Notes under the pieces: generated by a model | Databases searched by the model: none | Seen by the model: only the letters and a program-made list of their open reading frames with translations | What the model was told of the DNA's origin: nothing | Source of the DNA: an uncultured Mycobacterium sp. | Lineage (GTDB): Bacteria > Actinomycetota > Actinomycetes > Mycobacteriales > Mycobacteriaceae | Assembly: GCA_964562545.1 (NCBI GenBank) | Contig: CAZLTV010000001.1 | Span: 7,796-71,795, forward strand | Length of the DNA stretch: 64,000 nucleotides | Direction: 5' to 3' | In this document: positions 9,487 to 16,200 of the stretch, in pieces | Numbering within the stretch: the first letter of the stretch is position 1 | Layout: each line of letters starts with the position of its first letter | Made by a program: the position numbers and the translations under genes

Positions 9487-9861
9487 ACCGAACAGATGAG
9501 CGAACTCAGCCTGCGCCCGCTCGACCTCAACGAAGAGCTCCGGCCCGCCAGCATGGAAAACCTCGCCGCCGAGATCAGCAACAACGACAGCCTCGCCTCG
9601 CTTGGCATGAACGTCTTGCTCGTCCATGCCCACAACGACGGCGGATCCCAGCGCTGGGCTGGTCTCGCCTCGCTTGGCGAGGATCTCGTCCATGAACTTG
9701 CAGAAAACGACATCGGCTACGCGTTCCTCACCGACGATGACTTCGCCTCGATCTACAAACAGCTCGACGGCGACCTTGTCGACGAAACCCTCCTGACCAT
9801 CGACCTCCGCCTCTACAAGCAAGGCTGCCTTGTCGCTCGCTACAGCAACGAGCGGCGATGA
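9484..9861 (+). CDS. acidic hypothetical protein
   Basis: Starts at the repeat ATG; ATGA overlap with the next gene. Confidence 0.7.
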   Translation: MTEQMSELSLRPLDLNEELRPASMENLAAEISNNDSLASLGMNVLLVHAHNDGGSQRWAGLASLGEDLVHELAENDIGYAFLTDDDFASIYKQLDGDLVDETLLTIDLRLYKQGCLVARYSNERR

Positions 9862-10139
9862 GTTTCATCGTAGAACCGCACATGGACATCCAGATCGACA
9901 AGCTCTCCGGCGGCTATGCGCGATGCATCGTCAACAACCGCGCATCCTTCGACCAAGGCTTCGCGGCACAGACCCGCTGCACGGCCGCTGGCCATGCCTG
10001 CGGCAACCCGGAGTCCAGGGGCACCGATCCATATCGCGCCTTCGAGATCGGCAAGGACTTCGCCCTCGTCAAAATCGGCGAGCCGACGCCCCATCTCCTG
10101 ACCTCCACCCGTGAGGCCATCGAGCGCGCTCTCAGCTGA
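9858..10139 (+). CDS. hypothetical protein
   Basis: Translationally coupled to the upstream ORF; followed by a terminator. Confidence 0.6.
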   Translation: MSFIVEPHMDIQIDKLSGGYARCIVNNRASFDQGFAAQTRCTAAGHACGNPESRGTDPYRAFEIGKDFALVKIGEPTPHLLTSTREAIERALS

Positions 10140-10151
10140 GCCACACCGAAG

Positions 10152-10188
10152 AAGCGGAGCCGTCTCACCCCTGACGGCTCCGCTTTTT
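10152..10188 (+). terminator. intrinsic terminator
   Basis: AAGCGGAGCCGTC / GACGGCTCCGCTT followed by TTT. Confidence 0.8.
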
Positions 10189-10205
10189 CATTGCCCATCG
10201 ATCTG

Positions 10206-10285
10206 CCGCCTGGACGCTTCGCGCCAGCCGGTCTTCCCCCTCAATGTCGGCTGGGCCAAATTGAAGCCATGAAGGGAACGAAATG
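10206..10285 (+). repeat. leading-region double-hairpin repeat, full copy
   Basis: CCGCCTGGACGCTTCGCGCCAGCCGGTCTTCCCCCTCAATGTCGGCTGGGCCAAATTGAAGCCATGAAGGGAACGAAATG. Confidence 0.9.
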
Positions 10286-10807
10286 AACAAGATCGCACTC
10301 GTCGCTGCCGCCTCCGCCGCTGCTCTCTCCTTCGCTGCTCAGGACACCGGCCCCTATAGCGCCGACAAGTTCCCCCTCCTCGCTGCGGCTGGCTTCACCT
10401 TCACAAAGGAAGGCGCCCTCGCGCCTGGCGGCGACGAACCCATCCGCCGCCTCGCCACGCTCGAGAAGCTCGAGGGTCGTCTCGCCAACGTGCGCTACAT
10501 GGCCGCAGCCATGGACGAGTTCGACATCGGCTCCACCGACCAGCCGAACGATGCCAACGGCCGCCGTCAGTTCGAGCACCTCATGAACCCCAGCTTCCCC
10601 GATCGCTGGACCGGCTACATCTACGTCGCCATGCGCCGCTTCCAGCGCGACGGCGAGCTCGCCAAGCTCTCCCTGATGCTCGGCATGCTCGTCGCCTACG
10701 AGGACAAGCTCGTCTCCGGCCGCGCCCTGCTCGATACCATCGCAATCGATCTCGTCCAGATGGCCGACCTCCGGGATGACGACGGAGAGAAAGGCCGGGG
10801 AGCCTAA
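10283..10807 (+). CDS. hypothetical protein
   Basis: Starts at the repeat ATG; 174 aa. Confidence 0.7.
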   Translation: MNKIALVAAASAAALSFAAQDTGPYSADKFPLLAAAGFTFTKEGALAPGGDEPIRRLATLEKLEGRLANVRYMAAAMDEFDIGSTDQPNDANGRRQFEHLMNPSFPDRWTGYIYVAMRRFQRDGELAKLSLMLGMLVAYEDKLVSGRALLDTIAIDLVQMADLRDDDGEKGRGA

Positions 10808-10980
10808 GGCCCCAATACATCCCCGGCTGGACACCATCCGGCTGGGGCCCCTATCTACGAATTCCCCATAAGGGGATGACACCGCGAAGCCGACGCAACT
10901 CGGGCGAAAATGCCTGAACGAATGATCGTCTTGCACACACCGGCGGCACACCGCCGCCCTGCAATCGAAAGACGACCATT

Positions 10981-11241
10981 ATGACTACACCCAAGGGCGA
11001 CTATGCCCGTCACCCCTATCCTTACATCGTCGCCTACTGCCGCATCATGAGCAGCAACGAGCGATACCAGCGTGACGAGGTCGAACGGGCTCGCAAGCGC
11101 AACGCTCCCAAGGATTGCTATACCTGCTACATCGGGGAAGAGCCGCGCCTGGCGCGCGACCTTCCCGAGACAGCAATGCTCCGTGGTCGGCTCGAAAACT
11201 ACACAGGCATTCCCATAGACGATCTCATCACTCGCTCCTGA
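10981..11241 (+). CDS. hypothetical protein
   Basis: 86 aa, co-oriented, stop immediately before the next repeat copy. Confidence 0.6.
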   Translation: MTTPKGDYARHPYPYIVAYCRIMSSNERYQRDEVERARKRNAPKDCYTCYIGEEPRLARDLPETAMLRGRLENYTGIPIDDLITRS

Positions 11242-11256
11242 CAATCCCATCCCCTG

Positions 11257-11344
11257 CCGGCTGGACGCCCCCAAGGCGCCAGCCGGTCTTCCCCCTCAAT
11301 GTCGGCAAAGCCGAATTGAAACCAGATAGGGGAATGAAAAGATG
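11257..11344 (+). repeat. leading-region double-hairpin repeat, full copy
   Basis: CCGGCTGGACGCCCCCAAGGCGCCAGCCGGTCTTCCCCCTCAATGTCGGCAAAGCCGAATTGAAACCAGATAGGGGAATGAAAAGATG. Confidence 0.95.
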
Positions 11345-11596
11345 TGCGACTTCGCCAAGACCCACACCCTCGGACAGGCATACAACATCTCCATCGATGC
11401 CAAGCGCTCGAGCACCGCACGACTCTTCTGGGCACTCGACCGCTTCGACTTCGACCGCCACGAGCTAACCGACGCGGGCCATCGCGAAGGCCGCCTCCAC
11501 GCAAGCCAAGCCTGCGCCCTCGAACTCGACGCTCGCGGTGTGTCGATGCACGACCCGACCAAGCCGATCGACTTCCCGCGAGACATGCCCGCCTAG
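11342..11596 (+). CDS. hypothetical protein
   Basis: Starts at the repeat ATG. Confidence 0.65.
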   Translation: MCDFAKTHTLGQAYNISIDAKRSSTARLFWALDRFDFDRHELTDAGHREGRLHASQACALELDARGVSMHDPTKPIDFPRDMPA

Positions 11597-11639
11597 CACT
11601 CAGCCAAGCGCCGACACAGAACCATCGAAGGGAACGACA

Positions 11640-11855
11640 ATGCAGCCTGACACAATCGCCGCCCTGATCTTCACCATCGGCTGCTTCATTGCAGCTGGCA
11701 CCCTCCTAAAGGGTCTATCAGCCGACACCTTCGCCACTCACCCGAAGAGCGATAGAGACCGGTCTGGCCCTGATGCAGAAAAGGTTGCTGCCTCGGCTCC
11801 AAGCCTTCAACAAATGCGCAAACTCTGGGCCGAGGTCGACGCCCAATACAGCTAA
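11640..11855 (+). CDS. small protein with N-terminal TM helix
   Basis: AAGGGAA RBS, ATG 11640, IAALIFTIGCFIAAG. Confidence 0.55.
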   Translation: MQPDTIAALIFTIGCFIAAGTLLKGLSADTFATHPKSDRDRSGPDAEKVAASAPSLQQMRKLWAEVDAQYS

Positions 11856-11903
11856 CCAGCCTAGCCATCGACCAACCTTCCCCATCCTTCCGACTAGCCC
11901 GAT

Positions 11904-11987
11904 CCGGCTGGACGCCCAGGGCGCCAGCCGGGCTTCCCCCTCAATGTCGGCTGAGCCGAATTGAAACTAGACAGGGGAATGAAAATG
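11904..11987 (+). repeat. leading-region double-hairpin repeat, full copy
   Basis: CCGGCTGGACGCCCAGGGCGCCAGCCGGGCTTCCCCCTCAATGTCGGCTGAGCCGAATTGAAACTAGACAGGGGAATGAAAATG. Confidence 0.95.
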
Positions 11988-12560
11988 GCTCGCACCAACA
12001 CGCTCACCTTCCGCAACCGCGTCTTCAAGCAGCTCCGCGCTGCGGGCCTCAACAGCGTGAAGGCCAAGGCCGCTCGCACCGCTATCCTCGCTGGCGCTTA
12101 TGCGGCTGGCTACCCCGAGATCGCAGACGACTACGCCGCCCGCGTCTCGTTCGACAGCGAAGACTTCCAGAGCGTCTATGTCGACGACAACGGCATCGCT
12201 CGCTTCGGCTCGCCGCTCCGCGATGAACTCCAGCCGCTCGTCAGCACCGCCCCCACGGAAGAGCAGAACAAGCTCTCCGCCGAGCTGCTCGAAATGCTCC
12301 CCGACCTCTACTCCGCTGAAGGCGAAGAGAAGGATCGGCTGAACGCGATCTACAGCGCGAAGCGTGACGCGATCCTCGCGATCAACCCGCACGTTCACGC
12401 CTTCGTCGCCGACCCCGATGGCGGCGAATACTTCCACAATCTGCACAAGGCAGAATACGGTTTCCGTCCGCGCGGCTTCCGCACCTACGCACAGATGCGC
12501 GAGGAGATCGACCTCATCATCCGCACCGCGCAGAACGTCGAGTTCGACGTCGCGGCCTGA
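11985..12560 (+). CDS. hypothetical protein with phage-like LHKxxYGFRPR motif
   Basis: Starts at the repeat ATG; C-terminal NLHKAEYGFRPRG. Confidence 0.75.
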   Translation: MARTNTLTFRNRVFKQLRAAGLNSVKAKAARTAILAGAYAAGYPEIADDYAARVSFDSEDFQSVYVDDNGIARFGSPLRDELQPLVSTAPTEEQNKLSAELLEMLPDLYSAEGEEKDRLNAIYSAKRDAILAINPHVHAFVADPDGGEYFHNLHKAEYGFRPRGFRTYAQMREEIDLIIRTAQNVEFDVAA

Positions 12561-12632
12561 GGCCCCAACCACTCCTCTCCCCTGCCAGTCGCGCGAGCGG
12601 CTGGCCCTGCCATTCTTCGAAAGGACAGCCCC

Positions 12633-13118
12633 ATGGGACACCGTTCGCGCAACACCAATGCTCGCTTCCACTTCTCCGGATATTGGCGCACTTGGTCGCT
12701 CCTCCTGAGCACCGATTGCGAGGCCACGCCCGGCTCCGGCCCGACCGTTGAGATCGACCTCTCGCCGATCAACAATGACCACTCGCGCGTGCGGCTCCTG
12801 AACGTTCGCCGCCACTGCACCGAGCTTGGTCGAGGGGACCGCCGCACCAACGTACTCCCCGTCGAAATCGCTGAAGAGTTCGTTCACATCGTCGGCGAGG
12901 ACGTCGCAAGCTTCATCCTCAATACCGAAGCCGCCGAGCTTCTCTCGCTCATCGATTTCGAGAAGTATCACGCCGTCCGGAATGGTGGCGCTTCCCTCTA
13001 TAATGTCATCAGCGACGACGTCGCGCACCTGCTGCCGAAGCCCGCCGCGACCACCACTCGCATCCATGCCATCGCCGGTACAAGACCGTCGAAGCATCAC
13101 GCGCGCTACTCGCGCTGA
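12633..13118 (+). CDS. hypothetical protein
   Basis: AAAGGA RBS; 161 aa. Confidence 0.65.
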   Translation: MGHRSRNTNARFHFSGYWRTWSLLLSTDCEATPGSGPTVEIDLSPINNDHSRVRLLNVRRHCTELGRGDRRTNVLPVEIAEEFVHIVGEDVASFILNTEAAELLSLIDFEKYHAVRNGGASLYNVISDDVAHLLPKPAATTTRIHAIAGTRPSKHHARYSR

Positions 13119-13131
13119 CCGGAGATACCCG

Positions 13132-13419
13132 ATGCTGAAAATCGACGAAGCTAATCGCACCGTCACCCTCGTCACCACGCTCGGTCACGGCATTGGCAAA
13201 TACATGGAGACTTGGTTCGAGGTCGACATGAAGGAACCCTTCGAATTCACAACCAACATCCATGTCGTTCCCGATAGCGATAAGGACGAGTTCGAGGATT
13301 TCTGGAACGCCATTTACAGCGTCCAGCTTGAGAAGGTTTCGATCGTCTGTGACGTCGACGACCACGGCGCTCTCACCAGTTCACCCTCCAAGATCACAAT
13401 CCTCGAAACGAAGGACTGA
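13132..13419 (+). CDS. hypothetical protein
   Basis: GGAG RBS before ATG 13132 (MLKIDE...). Confidence 0.65.
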   Translation: MLKIDEANRTVTLVTTLGHGIGKYMETWFEVDMKEPFEFTTNIHVVPDSDKDEFEDFWNAIYSVQLEKVSIVCDVDDHGALTSSPSKITILETKD

Positions 13420-13424
13420 CCCTC

Positions 13425-13868
13425 ATGGCCGAACCGAATTTCCTCAACGCACTTCGCGCTGCTCAAGCACATCTCGAAGCCTCTGCCGCTGCCGAGAAAC
13501 TCGCCACCATTCGCCTCCACCTCAGCGGAGGCATCACGTACAACGTGCTCTGGTTCACGCACATTCCTCCGCGCGGCCTTAGCGTCATCGAAGCGATCGT
13601 CGACACACCCAATGGTCCTGTCCGCAGCACCATCGCAGTGACTTCGCTTCACTCCGTCGAGATGCCCGACAAGTCAGTCATCATTCCCACTCGGCGCAGC
13701 GCCGAAGCTTCGCGGATCGCCAACAAACTCGCCGATAACCTCGGCAACTTTGTCACCGAAGACATGCGCGCCAATCTAGAAAATTCGCTGCTCCAAACCT
13801 ATCGCCCCTACATCTCCGAAGAGGAGTGGATCGATAGCTGTGAAGCGACATCCCAACTCGCCGCATAG
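13425..13868 (+). CDS. hypothetical protein
   Basis: AAGGA RBS; 147 aa. Confidence 0.65.
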   Translation: MAEPNFLNALRAAQAHLEASAAAEKLATIRLHLSGGITYNVLWFTHIPPRGLSVIEAIVDTPNGPVRSTIAVTSLHSVEMPDKSVIIPTRRSAEASRIANKLADNLGNFVTEDMRANLENSLLQTYRPYISEEEWIDSCEATSQLAA

Positions 13869-13885
13869 GCTCGTTTAGAACTGTT

Positions 13886-13969
13886 CCGGCTGAGCGCCCA
13901 GGGCGCCAGCCGGGCTACCCCCTCAATCTCGATGAATCGAAATTGAAACTCAAAAGGGGAATGAAAATG
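13886..13969 (+). repeat. leading-region double-hairpin repeat, full copy (covariant)
   Basis: CCGGCTG-A-GCGCCC-A-GGGCGC-CAGCCGG, GCTACCCCCTCAATCTCGA-TGAA-TCGAAATTGAAACTCAAAAGGGGAATGAAAATG. Confidence 0.9.
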
Positions 13970-14164
13970 GCCGCTTGTCTGCAGACCCAGCGCGACGAAC
14001 TTCTGACCGAACGCAGTCACCTCGTGAACCGCATCGACGAACTCCACACGCAGCCCGTGAGCGACGATCGCGACCGCGCCATCTGGGCTCTCGAAGAGAA
14101 CCGCGACCTTCTCGATTTCGCACTCGACCAGACCGAGGCAGCGCTTCGGGCCCAGCACAACTAA
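13967..14164 (+). CDS. small coiled-coil protein
   Basis: Starts at the repeat ATG; heptad-like leucine pattern. Confidence 0.65.
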   Translation: MAACLQTQRDELLTERSHLVNRIDELHTQPVSDDRDRAIWALEENRDLLDFALDQTEAALRAQHN

Positions 14165-14192
14165 GGCCCCTTCAACCGCCTCTCCCCGAAGG

Positions 14193-14241
14193 CCCCGACG
14201 CGAGCTCGGCAATGCCGTTTCTCGCGTCGGGGTTTCTCTTT
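14193..14241 (+). terminator. intrinsic terminator
   Basis: CCCCGACGCGAG / CTCGCGTCGGGG followed by TTTCTCTTT. Confidence 0.6.
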
Positions 14242-14287
14242 CCATCACTCTTCGTGTTCTGAAATCGAACCATTCCGGAGACATGAA

Positions 14288-14695
14288 ATGCCCGAGCCCG
14301 AAGGTCTCGACAAAGCGTATGCCACGCTTCTCCCCTACCTCCTCAACGGCACTCACGGCATCACCCTTGCCGTCGCTGAAGAAGCCACACAAAACGCTCC
14401 GGGCGCCACTCAAATCGCCAAGCCCAAAGGTCACTTCGTAGCTCATTGGAACGATAGCTTTCCTGTCGAAAGTCTCAAGCCCGGTGACCACGTTCGACAC
14501 CCCGAAATGGTCGGGTACGAGCGCATCGTAAAATCGATCAAGCCGCATCCAAACGGCGGCGTTCAGATCAAGACGACCCCCGCTTGGAACTACGCCAATC
14601 GCTGCGAAAATCCCGACGGGAAGGTGCTCAAGGCTCACATAACCGGACGCTGCCAGCGCTGGGATGGTTATACCAAGATCGAGCGCACTCGCTAA
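14288..14695 (+). CDS. hypothetical protein
   Basis: GGAG upstream; 135 aa. Confidence 0.6.
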   Translation: MPEPEGLDKAYATLLPYLLNGTHGITLAVAEEATQNAPGATQIAKPKGHFVAHWNDSFPVESLKPGDHVRHPEMVGYERIVKSIKPHPNGGVQIKTTPAWNYANRCENPDGKVLKAHITGRCQRWDGYTKIERTR

Positions 14696-14743
14696 CGCCT
14701 TTCGCTCCACTCAACCATCGCCTGCGGCTTCACAGCCCTGCCT

Positions 14744-14782
14744 AAAAAAAGCCCCGACTGGTTCAACCAGCCGGGGCTTTTC
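14744..14782. terminator. bidirectional terminator
   Basis: A7-GCCCCGACTGG / CCAGCCGGGGC-T4 between convergent genes. Confidence 0.8.
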
Positions 14783-14813
14783 TCGTCCAACATCCTCCCA
14801 CAGGAGGTGAGCA

Positions 14814-15683
14814 TCAATCCTTCGTTTCGAAGCCTTCGAGGACTTCCTTGAAGCCCTTCGCACCCTCTGGATTAATCGACGACATCATCCTCTGCACGGA
14901 CCGTCGTCGGCCGCCAGAATTGATAACCTCATCATGGCGATCTGAGAACTCGTCCACCACAGACTTTATCGCGCCGCGAAGTCGCTTCTCGAACTCTTCG
15001 TGACCAGAGAAGAGATCCAACGCGACCTGTATCTGCGCAGCTTCATCAGCATACTCTTGGCGAACCTTCCCAGCCTCCTTCACCTTCTCTTTCCCATCAA
15101 AGAAGGCGGTCAGTTCCTCGACATGGCTCTCGGGTGCCGTGCCGGTAATCGACCGAAGGATCGTCCATGCTGGACCCATCGCAAACACTGGGCCAACAAG
15201 CGACAAGAGTTGGTCTGTAACATGCCAATGAAGCGCTGCCTTCTCCATCGCTTCAACCTTGGCGAGCTTCACTCTATCAGCCTCATTTGCCTCCTCTCTC
15301 TGGCGTATCTTATCGCGCAATGAGGACACGCGTTCCGACGCTCGGAACAGCGTCTGAGAGGGGCGCTCTTTCCCCACACCAGTCTTTTGGAGCTTGCCAT
15401 CTCCGAACGGAGATTGACCCCCTCCTATCCAATCGATCCAAGGTGCCGAATTGACGCCGCTAGGGCAGACGGCATCAACCAAATATTCTAGCAGCAAAGG
15501 CCTCTCTTCGGACCTCCGCAGAGAGATCTGGAATTTCGCGTTCTCGCTCAATTCTCCATCTGACCCCAAAGCGACAGCAGCAATATGCTGCGCGATCTGA
15601 GAGATAGCCTCACCGCTTTCCTCGACGCCTCCGGACGGACCTTCCAGGCCGCCATCGGCCACTTCTTCATTCTTCGCTGACAT
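14814..15683 (-). CDS. hypothetical protein divergent from relaxase (possible relaxosome accessory)
   Basis: AAGGGGAA RBS before ATG 15683; coiled-coil segments; function inferred from position only. Confidence 0.65.
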   Translation of the reverse strand: MSAKNEEVADGGLEGPSGGVEESGEAISQIAQHIAAVALGSDGELSENAKFQISLRRSEERPLLLEYLVDAVCPSGVNSAPWIDWIGGGQSPFGDGKLQKTGVGKERPSQTLFRASERVSSLRDKIRQREEANEADRVKLAKVEAMEKAALHWHVTDQLLSLVGPVFAMGPAWTILRSITGTAPESHVEELTAFFDGKEKVKEAGKVRQEYADEAAQIQVALDLFSGHEEFEKRLRGAIKSVVDEFSDRHDEVINSGGRRRSVQRMMSSINPEGAKGFKEVLEGFETKD

Positions 15684-15920
15684 GACCAAATTCCCCTTCG
15701 GGTGAAGCACGCCGGGTTACATCCCGGCCTCTCCCATTACGGTCGAGAAACTAGGAACCTGCTTCAAGCTCGTCAACGAGCCATTTCAGAAACCACCCAA
15801 ACTCCCTGTTACCGATATCCGGAGATCCTCACGGACCCCGAAAACGGTAACAAGAGTCGTCCAGAAATCCCAGATTTCTCCAATTCGACGGTAACAAAAC
15901 CCACGTTTGTTACCTTTCTT

Positions 15921-15965
15921 GGAATTGGCGCAATACCGTTAAAGTGGCCAGCCACGTTTAACCGG
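15921..15965 (-). other. oriT: candidate oriT (MOBQ/RSF1010-like), predicted nic between 15929 and 15928 on the minus strand
   Basis: Minus strand reads CCGGTTAAACGTGGCTGGCCACTTTAACGG-TATTGCG^CCAATTCC: an inverted repeat abutting a TAxxGCG^CC core, as in RSF1010 (IR-TAAGTGCG^CCCT); it lies upstream of the relaxase. Confidence 0.55.
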
Positions 15966-16200
15966 GGTTTTTCCGGCACGAACTGCCTTGAAACAACCCC
16001 TTATGCGCTCTCCGAGGGTGCAGTCGAAAAACCGCGGGACCGGTTTTGTCTCCTTTTTCGTCGCTCGCGCTCCGGGGCCTCTGATGAGCCTTCGCTCATT
16101 TCCGGCAGGGATTCTCTGGAAGTTTTGAGTTGACCTGGATAACGCTTGCCAGCACATCCTGTATCTCCGATAATTCTCCCACCAACGGTGGAAAAATCTC

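Noticed and set aside
1561-13969. Repeats as a CRISPR array or classical integron attC array
   Set aside because: Spacing is gene-sized and irregular; no cas or tyrosine integrase gene is in the window; attC RYYYAAC/GTTRRRY ends are absent.
1561-13969. Repeat hairpin 1 as a simple intrinsic terminator
   Set aside because: It is followed only by TCTT/GCTT rather than a U-tract, and at 10152 a true terminator sits separately just upstream of a repeat copy.
16153-16163. CATCCTGT as a MOBP-type nic site
   Set aside because: The relaxase is MOBQ-like, no adjacent inverted repeat was seen, and the 15921-15965 site fits better.
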